NCBI GenBank assembly: GCA_002238785.1 | Contig: MPNA01000007.1 | Span: forward strand, 15,583-79,582 | Length of the DNA stretch: 64,000 bases | DNA from: a bacterium OM1 bin76 | GTDB taxonomy: Bacteria; Actinomycetota; Acidimicrobiia; Spongiisociales; ZC4RG35 | Direction of reading: 5' to 3' | Shown here: positions 9,060 through 16,693 of the stretch, one piece after another | Layout: each line of letters begins with the position of its first letter | How positions within the stretch are numbered: the first letter of the stretch is position 1 | Program-made: the position numbers and the translations under genes | Notes under the pieces: generated by a model | The model's database searches: none | The model's input: only the letters and a program-made list of their open reading frames with translations | What the model was told of the DNA's origin: nothing

Positions 9060-9870
9060 ACCCGCGTCGCGAAACGCGGACGAACGTAGACCAAGAATTG
9101 CCGGCTTCCAGCCGGCCGACTCCTGGGCTGGTCGCTATGAAGATAGAGCCCTGCTCAATGTCTGAAAAGGGCTCGAGGCAGACACTCTCTGGCTGCGCTC
9201 CACCTAGGACCAATATGAGGTCACCCACTTCCACATCCACGGCCCTCCCGATCCAGTGGGTATCCAACACCAAGGCGGTCTGTGACGCGTACCACCCGAG
9301 GAGCAGCGATTGAGCTTTACGGGAGCCCACTCTCAACAGCGTCCTAGCCCGCATGCCCGGTAACACTTGGAGCGCGCTTCGCAGATGGTGAACCAGCGTC
9401 GCGTATCCAACGCCAAAGTAGCCGGCAACCATAAAAGCCTGCTCGGGTGTACAGTCCTCCATGCTCCACCCTCGAAGCGCAAATGCCTTGGATACCGCCA
9501 ACTTGGGCATGAGAAGAGCACCCGCAAAGCAATCCGCCATGAACTCCTTGGGATCGAAACGAGGGTTGTCCCATTGCCCAACCAGTTCGTCGATATCCAC
9601 TCCGTCACTCTGGTTGTGGTGACCAAGTTCGTGGGCACAGGTAAACGCCCGGCGGCCGGGTGGGCGTAACGAGGAGACGATAATAGTGGGAGTGGAAACA
9701 GATAGGTACATTCCCTCCATACTGGGAAGGTCCAGAAACCGAACCTCAATGCCAAGTTTCTGAGCGAGATCGTACACAGAGACAGCGTGGTCAAGCCCGT
9801 AGCCAACCGAAAGACGGGTACGGAGGGCCGCCGCCGTTGCCTCTCGGGCTATCAATCGCCGGTTGCTCAT
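9010..9870 (-). CDS. ImmA/IrrE-family (Peptidase_M78/DUF955, CapP-like) zinc metallopeptidase
   Basis: 286 aa with HEXXH at CAHELGHH. Sits immediately downstream of, and overlapping, an XRE HTH gene, the classic XRE/ImmA arrangement. Confidence 0.8.
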   Translation of the reverse strand: MSNRRLIAREATAAALRTRLSVGYGLDHAVSVYDLAQKLGIEVRFLDLPSMEGMYLSVSTPTIIVSSLRPPGRRAFTCAHELGHHNQSDGVDIDELVGQWDNPRFDPKEFMADCFAGALLMPKLAVSKAFALRGWSMEDCTPEQAFMVAGYFGVGYATLVHHLRSALQVLPGMRARTLLRVGSRKAQSLLLGWYASQTALVLDTHWIGRAVDVEVGDLILVLGGAQPESVCLEPFSDIEQGSIFIATSPGVGRLEAGNSWSTFVRVSRRGYVGRALYRHWEEAGDG

Positions 9871-10220
9871 TCGATGTGATTTCTCGGAGCGCGGAGCGCC
9901 TGGACAAGCTGGAGAATGCGGTCAAGGTCCTCTTCTCGCAACTTGCTCAACTCCCTCGCCGCTAGCTTCACGCGATCCGCAGCCAAGCTCGACTCCTCGT
10001 CCCCCTCACCCACGATCCAAGAAATACTGACCCCGTACATCTCAGCCAGCGCAGTGAGTTCCTCGGCAGATACCCTTCTGCGAGCTGCTTCGATCTCGGA
10101 AACCGTAGGACGGTGCCAGTCCAGACTCTTGGCTACCTGACCTTGGGTGAGACCTGCCATCTCTCTCGACAGGCGAAGACGTGATGCGATTGCCTTTCGC
10201 TTCTCTTCGTATTTGGTCAT
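9867..10220 (-). CDS. XRE-family helix-turn-helix transcriptional regulator (CapH/ImmR-like)
   Basis: 117 aa: ...LRLSREMAGLTQGQVAKSLDWHRPTVSEIEAARRRVSAEELTALAEMYGVSISWIV, an HTH_3-type motif. Confidence 0.8.
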   Translation of the reverse strand: MTKYEEKRKAIASRLRLSREMAGLTQGQVAKSLDWHRPTVSEIEAARRRVSAEELTALAEMYGVSISWIVGEGDEESSLAADRVKLAARELSKLREEDLDRILQLVQALRAPRNHIE

Positions 10221-10223
10221 CCT

Positions 10224-10508
10224 TTAGGCCTCAGAGCCGACATAGGAACAAAGGGAGTCCGCTATCTCGCCAACCGACAATGCACGCTTCCCATCCTCAG
10301 AAATGAAGGGGTTGTAGTTGCCGGGAAGCTCCACCTTTAGGGACTCCGAAAGCATGACGGTCGCTTCCACCCCGCTAAGGCTGTCGAAGCCCTCCACCCC
10401 AAACACCGGGCACGTTGACGCATCTATGCCAGCACTTGACCGCCCGCTCACCTCTTGGACCTCGACGATGACTTGAACCACCCTCTTCAGGATCTCTTGC
10501 TTGTTCAT
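10224..10508 (-). CDS. Small carrier-protein-like (ACP/PCP-fold) protein, first gene of the operon
   Basis: 94 aa. LKRVVQVIVEVQEV...FGVEGFDSLSGVEATVMLSESLKVELP resembles the ACP DSL phosphopantetheine-attachment motif and helix pattern. AGGAGG RBS 5-11 nt upstream of the ATG. This assignment is tentative. Confidence 0.4.
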   Translation of the reverse strand: MNKQEILKRVVQVIVEVQEVSGRSSAGIDASTCPVFGVEGFDSLSGVEATVMLSESLKVELPGNYNPFISEDGKRALSVGEIADSLCSYVGSEA

Positions 10509-10526
10509 AAGTACCTCCTTACCGCA

Positions 10527-10543
10527 GGTAAGATTATCTTACC
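10527..10543. promoter_or_regulatory. Perfect palindrome GGTAAGAT-T-ATCTTACC about 19 bp upstream of the operon start codon; candidate XRE operator
   Basis: Read directly from the sequence. 8-bp arms with a 1-nt spacer, just upstream of the RBS of the first gene of the minus-strand operon. Confidence 0.45.
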
Positions 10544-10853
10544 ATAAGAAGCCGAGCGGTCAAAACATAACCCAATATTGCTCACCGACAGACCGGTCCT
10601 AAAGGGACAGCGTTGTTGCCCGTCCCGCATTGCTTTGGTAGGCGGCGTTCGGGCTGGCTACCGTCAGGATGGGCGGTTCGGATGTATGCGGGGCTCCTGA
10701 TATTTGCTTGGAGAGCATCTTGATTGGGAGACAACGAGCTAGGTCCAGATCCGTGTTGGAGAGTGGTGGCAACAGGCCGCTGTAAGGAGTCGGCGATTCT
10801 TTGTCAAGAGTCTCCTGGGGGCGGGTGTAACTGTATCCTGACGGACTGTCATC

Positions 10854-11072
10854 TCATGGGCACGTACCCACAGTAGAAGGAGCCATCACCCGGAACGGCA
10901 ACACCCGACTGGTGGAAACCCGCCCGAAGCTGATCCACACCGTTCCATCCACCAACTGTTCCAACCCCAACCGATCAACCAACGTCCCCGCCGTTAACAA
11001 CCCGGCGTCAGCCACCAAAGACTCATCATCGAAAACCACCCCAAAACGATTCGATACTCTGCAATACTCCAC
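10854..11072 (-). pseudogene. Transposase N-terminal remnant (IS1380/IS4-like)
   Basis: 72 aa: NRFGVVFDDESLVADAGLLTAGTLVDRLGLEQLVD, typical of IS1380/IS4-family transposase N-termini. Nothing follows it. Confidence 0.45.
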
Positions 11073-11431
11073 TCACAGGAAGTGCCTCCCAACTGTGGAC
11101 CAACAGCTTCTTCGCTAACAGCTATTGTCCCAGATCAGAGGCACTCTCCGCCTCTATCCACCCACCCACCAACCACACCCCATCGGTGGATTGAGGCTAA
11201 GAATCCGTCAAATCGCTATTCTGACTTTACGGCCCCGCCGCCCTGTGTCTTCAACTGGACCTAATGTCTTTCTCTGTCGAAGACGAATGCCTGTACTCCA
11301 TCCGAACTGATGTACCCTCTCTCTCAGGTCAAGAGTGGAACAGAGCAGTCGGTCACGGTAAGTTTTGGTACTATAAGTAGTATTAAGGCACTCTACTGTG
11401 GCTGTGACCTGGGATTATGTTGAGATCATAG

Positions 11432-11523
11432 CGGAGGCGGACGGGAATCGAACCCGCCGGGGATCGTTTGACCCCCCACCGGTTTTGAAGACCGGGGAGC
11501 CCACCAGGCGCTCGCTCGCCTCC
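11432..11523 (-). tRNA. selC: tRNA-Sec (selC-like), anticodon UCA, 92 nt, class II
   Basis: Reverse complement: GGAGGCGAGCGAGCGCCTGGTGGGCTCCCCGGTCTTCAAAACCGGTGGGGGGTCAAACGATCCCCGGCGGGTTCGATTCCCGTCCGCCTCCG. Anticodon stem CCGGT/ACCGG with loop CUUCAAA (identical to the E. coli selC loop), a long variable arm, T-loop TTCGATT, and 13 nt (8+5) between T-loop and discriminator. The 8th acceptor pair is an A.C mismatch. CCA is not encoded. Confidence 0.7.
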
Positions 11524-11557
11524 AGTGTGGAAGGGTAACCGGTGGGAGGGTGGTACT

Positions 11558-11992
11558 GTGAATGAGATCATGGGCGATCCCGAGAAGATGCAGGATCAGC
11601 AGGCGGCCCTGCGGGTCACCGGACTGGTGGACACGCCCCGCCGGTGGGATCTGGAGGCAATCTCTGGGCTTTCGGGGCAAGTTGCCGAGGCCGGGGGACG
11701 GGGTGTCTCGGCCGGTTCTCTCTTGGAGGCCAGTGGGCCGCGGGGCGGGTTTGTGTCGGTGGAGAGCGAAGATGGTGCCTACCGGGCTTCCATCCCGATT
11801 AAGGAGTTGTCCTCCAAGGGAGTGGTGGTATATGGGTTGGGCGACGGGCAACTTCCCAGGGAGAGGGGAGGTCCCTTCCGGATGCTGGTGCCGGGCGGCC
11901 ACACCCTGTGCTGGAACGTGAAGGGGGTGGGGGAGATGCGGGTGACCGCTGAACAGGAGCCTGACAGCGTGCCTGCCAATCCGACCCACTGA
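11558..11992 (+). CDS. Small molybdopterin-binding oxidoreductase (Oxidored_molyb, sulfite-oxidase-fold) domain protein
   Basis: DGAYRASIPIKEL..GVVVYGLGDGQLPRERGGPFRMLVPGGHTLCWNVKGVGEMRV matches the SUOX/YedY Mo-domain core (LAY.MNGEPLP..HGFPLRLVVPG.YG.KWL..I). GGGAGGG RBS before GTG 11558. Confidence 0.55.
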   Translation: MNEIMGDPEKMQDQQAALRVTGLVDTPRRWDLEAISGLSGQVAEAGGRGVSAGSLLEASGPRGGFVSVESEDGAYRASIPIKELSSKGVVVYGLGDGQLPRERGGPFRMLVPGGHTLCWNVKGVGEMRVTAEQEPDSVPANPTH

Positions 11993-12327
11993 GGCGTGGA
12001 CACGCTTCGGTGGGTGTCGTGATGAGGGTTGAGATGACGACGGTGAGGTCCACGATGGCAAGTCTTCGTAACGGGGGAACTGTCCGCCTGTAGGCCTCTT
12101 CAGTCTGCTGAGAGTCGTTCTGTCTGGTTACGCGTCTCGGGGCACTTCTTGGTTGATTTGTAACGGTTGTTCCGGGTGTCGTTGGGAGTTGTTCTGGCTT
12201 TTGCCCTGTACCGAGACGAAAAGTCGACTGAGGGGAGGACTCCAAACATTAAGTTATTAGTGTTTGTTTTCATAACTTAGTGTTGTGTAGAGGTGTTTTG
12301 TCACAGGACCTGTGCATACTGGTGGAT

Positions 12328-13557
12328 ATGAAAACAGAGTCTGCGAACCGGGCGGCCGTGAACAGGGCGCGTCTGCTGAGGCCTACCATGCCGGTGGCCG
12401 AGGCGTCGGTGGAACAGCTTAGACAGCGGATAAGGTCCACGATCCGCGTTCAGAACCAGGCTGCTGCGGACCGTGCCGAAGCGGTAGCGGAACTGGATCG
12501 ACGCCAGGGTACAGAATTGGTGGAAACCGTGCTGCGGGAGGATGGGCTGTTGGGCAGACGGCGGGCCCGGTCGGAGGTGGAAACTGCCAAAGAGTTGGAA
12601 GAGTTGCCCAAGACCCGGGAGGGTTTCCAAAAGGGAGACATCTCTGCGGACAACGCCCGCATCCTGGCCAGTGCTAACCAGCGGGGAACCATCAAAGAGG
12701 ACGAGTTGTTGGATGATGCCCGTTCTCAGTCTCCTGATAAGTTCGCCCGGTCGGTCCGAAAGCACGAACAACGACAGTCCCGTGATGATGGTGTTTCGAG
12801 GTTGGAGCATCAGCGTTCCCACCGGTTCGCGAAGATCACCACCGATGCCGACGATGGGATGACCGTGTTGTATGGGCGGTTCGACCCTGTTACGGGCGCT
12901 CGGATCGAAACGGCGGTGTCGGCGATGATGAACCAGTTGTGGCACAAAGAGGACCCCACCGATCGGGCCACGGCTCCACAGCGGATGGCCGACGCCCTAG
13001 CAAAACTTCTTACTCGTCAAGGGAAGGGCGGGGAGGGTCGTTCTCAGGATGTGCGACTGTTGTTGATCGCCGACTACGACGCGGTCAGCGGACGGTTGGG
13101 CAACCCCCGCTTGGAGAACGGCACCCCGGTTCCGGCGGGGACGTTGCGCCGTTTGGGGTGTGATGCTCAGGTACTGCCTGCTGTCTTCTCGGGTGGTTCG
13201 ATACCGCTGGACCTGGGGCGGGCCCGGCGTACCGCCAGCGGTTCCCAACGCGCTGCTTTGGTTGCCCGCGACAGACACTGTGTGGGTTGCGGCGCCAAAG
13301 CGTCCTGGTGTCAGGCTCACCATATCGTTCATTGGCAGGACGGAGGCCCCACCAGTTTGGAGAACATGTGCCTGCTGTGCAGCCGGTGTCACCACAAGGT
13401 TCATGACCAAGACTGGACCGTGCACCAAACCCCAACCGGGAAGTACACGCTACGTCGGCCGCCGATCACCGACTGGCGACGACCCTCCCGCCAAACCAAC
13501 CACCACCCCCGCCGTCGGCGACGCACCCGCAAACACCCCATCAAACAAAGAAAATGA
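12328..13557 (+). CDS. DUF222 + HNH endonuclease domain protein (REP13E12-like)
   Basis: C-terminal CVGCGAKASWCQAHHIVHWQDGGPTSLENMCLLCSRCHHKVH is an HNH motif. The N-terminal region is DUF222-like, as commonly seen in actinobacteria. Confidence 0.7.
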   Translation: MKTESANRAAVNRARLLRPTMPVAEASVEQLRQRIRSTIRVQNQAAADRAEAVAELDRRQGTELVETVLREDGLLGRRRARSEVETAKELEELPKTREGFQKGDISADNARILASANQRGTIKEDELLDDARSQSPDKFARSVRKHEQRQSRDDGVSRLEHQRSHRFAKITTDADDGMTVLYGRFDPVTGARIETAVSAMMNQLWHKEDPTDRATAPQRMADALAKLLTRQGKGGEGRSQDVRLLLIADYDAVSGRLGNPRLENGTPVPAGTLRRLGCDAQVLPAVFSGGSIPLDLGRARRTASGSQRAALVARDRHCVGCGAKASWCQAHHIVHWQDGGPTSLENMCLLCSRCHHKVHDQDWTVHQTPTGKYTLRRPPITDWRRPSRQTNHHPRRRRRTRKHPIKQRK

Positions 13558-13651
13558 TCCGCACCCACTCCCCAATCGTTCCTCTCAACAGCCGGTTGTG
13601 CCTGGATAGGTCCCTCAGGAAAAGGTCGGCAGTGGCGTATCCTTTGCCACT

Positions 13652-14215
13652 ATGACTCAGCGCACTAGCCGTCGACCCAGTGCCGGGCCCACCTTTGGGG
13701 AGATTCTGGAGAGTTTTCGACGTCGGCGCGGTTTCAAGAGAAGGCAGATCGCCCGGCAGTTGGGAGTTACCCAGGGTCAGGTGAAGGACTGGGAGCGTGG
13801 TGCGGAGATACCCATCCATCCCGGGTTGCTACGCTCGCTGGAGGCCATATTGGAGACACCGGAGGGGATACTGGTTCGGGCCGCCGGTTTCTCGGCGCCG
13901 GTGCCGGATGAGCCGAAGATGACCATTCAGGAATCGCTGGCCTCCCTGGCCAGTCCGGAGGACGAGGCCACTTTGCATCCCATGGATCTCCAGGAGGAAC
14001 TGCTACCTGTTCTCCCGCCAGCCCCGGCCGAGCCGTCTGGAGGACCATCGGGGTTGTTCTCCTACCGTTACAACCCTCCCGAAGAACGATGGGTGTACCG
14101 GATCCGGTTCCTGCTCACCGGTGCGGGACTGGCCCTTTTGGGTCTGCTGCTGATCTGGGCAGCGGGACGAGTTTGGGGGGAGTTGGGCACTCTCTGGGAT
14201 GCCGTCTTCGGTTGA
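13652..14215 (+). CDS. Membrane-anchored XRE-family HTH protein (RodZ/anti-sigma-like topology)
   Basis: N-terminal HTH (FGEILESFRRRRGFKRRQIARQLGVTQGQVKDWERG), a Pro-rich linker, and a C-terminal TM helix LLTGAGLALLGLLLIWAA. Confidence 0.55.
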   Translation: MTQRTSRRPSAGPTFGEILESFRRRRGFKRRQIARQLGVTQGQVKDWERGAEIPIHPGLLRSLEAILETPEGILVRAAGFSAPVPDEPKMTIQESLASLASPEDEATLHPMDLQEELLPVLPPAPAEPSGGPSGLFSYRYNPPEERWVYRIRFLLTGAGLALLGLLLIWAAGRVWGELGTLWDAVFG

Positions 14216-15164
14216 TGAGCCCCGCCCTGCCGTGACTGAAGCCATTCGGGTGGTGGTGCACCCCTCGCACCCTTGGGGAGTGCCCGAGAGCCTGGCAAGA
14301 GTCCCGGGGGTGGAGGTGATCACCCCACCGGACTTGGATTCCCTGTCCGAATGTCTCGCTGATCCCCGCTCTGAGATTCTGGTGAGCTTCATCTGGACCG
14401 ACGAGTGCCTGTCCGTGGGTCTGCGCTGGATCCAGTCGATCGCCTCGGGACTGGATTACTACCCACTCGAAGACCTGGCCGCAGCCGGAATCCGCCTGAC
14501 ATCCGGCCGGGGAGCCAATGCGCCGGCGGTGGCGGAGCACGCCTTCGCCCTGCTGTTGGCGGTCACCCGGCGGATCGGCAAGTCGGTGCGGTACTCCGAG
14601 CGGGCCCTGTGGCGGCAAGGGATGGGATTCGAACTGGTGGGCAAGACCTTGGGAGTATTGGGGTTGGGCACCGTTGGCGAGGAAATAGCCTGGCGGGCCA
14701 AGGCATGGGGGATGGAGGTGATCGGCACCAAGCGGCGCCCCGGCTCCTACCGAGGATGCGCAAGCCGCGTATTCCCTCCCGAGGAGACCGTGGAGGTGTT
14801 TCGCAGATCCTATGCGGTGGTCAGCGCTCTACCCCATGTGAAAGGCGCCCCTCCCCAGGTGGGCGCCGCCGAACTGGCGGCCCTGGGCGACGGTTGGTTC
14901 GTCAATGTCGGCCGTGGCTCGGTGGTGGACACCGAGGCGTTGCTCGATGCCCTGGACTCAGGAGAACTGCGTGGCGCCGGGCTGGACGTCACCTTCCCTG
15001 AGCCCCCTCCCCAGGACTCTGCGTTGTGGCGGCATCCCAAAGTGGTGCTCACACCACACCTGGGGGGCTTCTCGCCGGAGTACGCAGACCGCCTGGCGGA
15101 CATTTTCGCCACCAATCTGCGAGCCTTCCGCGGAGAGGGTGAGTGGGTTAATCTGGTTGTATAA
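14199..15164 (+). CDS. D-isomer-specific 2-hydroxyacid dehydrogenase family, NAD-binding
   Basis: GKTLGVLGLGTVGEEIA Rossmann motif. Conserved ...VVSALPHVKG... and ...LDVTFPEPPP... blocks of the PGDH/GyaR family. Confidence 0.8.
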   Translation: MPSSVDEPRPAVTEAIRVVVHPSHPWGVPESLARVPGVEVITPPDLDSLSECLADPRSEILVSFIWTDECLSVGLRWIQSIASGLDYYPLEDLAAAGIRLTSGRGANAPAVAEHAFALLLAVTRRIGKSVRYSERALWRQGMGFELVGKTLGVLGLGTVGEEIAWRAKAWGMEVIGTKRRPGSYRGCASRVFPPEETVEVFRRSYAVVSALPHVKGAPPQVGAAELAALGDGWFVNVGRGSVVDTEALLDALDSGELRGAGLDVTFPEPPPQDSALWRHPKVVLTPHLGGFSPEYADRLADIFATNLRAFRGEGEWVNLVV

Positions 15165-15221
15165 GACCTCGCCGCCCAGGTGGGGCGCACCGTTTCATAT
15201 CGCAGAAGACTGCCCACTCAT

Positions 15222-15941
15222 ATGAGCAAGATCAACCACCAGGAGGGGGTGGTGCTCCGCAGTTATCCGTTTGGCGAGGCGGACCGGGTGGTGGTGTTGC
15301 TCAGTCCCCGAAGGGGTAAGTTGCGCACCGTGGCGCGGGGGGTCCGGCGGGTGAAGAGCCGGTTGCGGGGAAGGCTGGAGCCATTCTGCTGGGTGGAATT
15401 GGTGTTGCATCGCGGACGGGAACTGGATCTGATCACCTCGGTGACGGTGGTGGCCGCCTATCCCGAGTTGCGGTCCGACCTGGACCGTTTGCTGGGCGCT
15501 TCCATGATGGTGAACGCGGTGGACGCGGTGGCTCAGCAGGAGCAGCGTTCGGGTCCGCTCTTTGGCTTGCTGACCGAGAGCCTGGGGGTGCTATGCACCT
15601 CTGACGACATCCCCGGTCTTACTACCGCCTTCCTGCTGCGTCTGGCCGAGACGGTGGGGGTGGCGCCGGCTCTGGAGTGGTGCGCCAGTTGCGGACGGGA
15701 AGCAGGGCTGGCCAGGTTTCACTTCGAGGGAGGGGGGGTAGTATGCGGGCGATGCCGAACGCAAGGCTCGGTCCGGCTGGTGGGGGGAGTAACCGAACAC
15801 CTGCGGGACCTGGCGCGAGCCGAATTGAACGATCTCCCCTTCACCACGGTTGATGTGTCACAACAGGCTATGAGTGTGGTCTGCCGGTTCTTGGAGTACC
15901 ACCTGGATCGCAGCTTTCGCCCGGTGGCGGCGCTGTCATGA
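15222..15941 (+). CDS. recO: DNA repair protein RecO
   Basis: N-terminal GVVLRSYPFGEADRVVVLLSPRRGKLRTVARGVRR, an OB fold, and a C-terminal Zn-finger CASCGR...CGRC. Confidence 0.85.
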   Translation: MSKINHQEGVVLRSYPFGEADRVVVLLSPRRGKLRTVARGVRRVKSRLRGRLEPFCWVELVLHRGRELDLITSVTVVAAYPELRSDLDRLLGASMMVNAVDAVAQQEQRSGPLFGLLTESLGVLCTSDDIPGLTTAFLLRLAETVGVAPALEWCASCGREAGLARFHFEGGGVVCGRCRTQGSVRLVGGVTEHLRDLARAELNDLPFTTVDVSQQAMSVVCRFLEYHLDRSFRPVAALS

Positions 15942-16660
15942 CCCAAGGGGTTCCCCGTCATGTGGGGGTGATACTGGACGGCAACGGCCGCTGGGCGCAA
16001 CAACGGGGATTGCCCCGGGTGGCCGGTCATGTGGCAGGGGAGGATGCGCTGCTGGACGTGCTGGAAGGCGCTCTGGAACTGGGGATCGAGTGGTTCACGA
16101 TATTCGTGTTCTCCACCGAGAACTGGCATCGTTCCTCTGATGAGGTGAGTTTCTTGATGGAGTTCTGTGAGGAGTTGCTGGTGAGGCGGGGCCGGGAACT
16201 GGCGGAGCGGGGAGCGCGCCTTCACTTTGCGGGAGACCTCGAGGATCCGCGGATACCCCACAGCGTGCGCCTCAACATCCGGGAGACCCTGGAAGTCACC
16301 ACCCCCAACCACAGATTGAACCTGGTGGTGGCCTTCAACTACGGGGGACGCCGCGAGATTGTGGAGGCTGCCCGGTCACTGGCGGCCGACGCCGCAGCAG
16401 GGAGGATCCGACCCGAGGAGGTGGACGAGCAGTCCCTGGCGGCCCGGCTCCACATTCCCGGGATGCCCGATGCCGACCTGATCATCCGCACTTCGGGTGA
16501 GAACCGCCTGTCGAACTTTTTGTTGTGGCAGGGTGCCTACGCCGAGTTGTACTTCACCGACGTGCTGTGGCCCGACTTCAACCGGGCCGAATTCGAAAGA
16601 GCCCTTGCCGAGTACCGGCGCCGGGAGCGGCGTTTCGGCCGAATACGGGACCCCTCCTAG
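15938..16660 (+). CDS. uppS: Isoprenyl transferase (undecaprenyl-diphosphate synthase)
   Basis: HVGVILDGNGRWA...FSTENWHRS...DLIIRTSGENRLSNFLLWQGAYAELYF, canonical cis-prenyltransferase motifs. Confidence 0.9.
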   Translation: MTQGVPRHVGVILDGNGRWAQQRGLPRVAGHVAGEDALLDVLEGALELGIEWFTIFVFSTENWHRSSDEVSFLMEFCEELLVRRGRELAERGARLHFAGDLEDPRIPHSVRLNIRETLEVTTPNHRLNLVVAFNYGGRREIVEAARSLAADAAAGRIRPEEVDEQSLAARLHIPGMPDADLIIRTSGENRLSNFLLWQGAYAELYFTDVLWPDFNRAEFERALAEYRRRERRFGRIRDPS

Positions 16661-16693
16661 CTTCGGGGTTCGATTAGCCTTTCCTTTGTCCCT

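Noticed and set aside
10912-11118. 68-aa plus-strand ORF in the selC-proximal spacer
   Set aside because: Thr/Pro/Asn-rich low-complexity translation antisense to the transposase stub. Judged non-coding.
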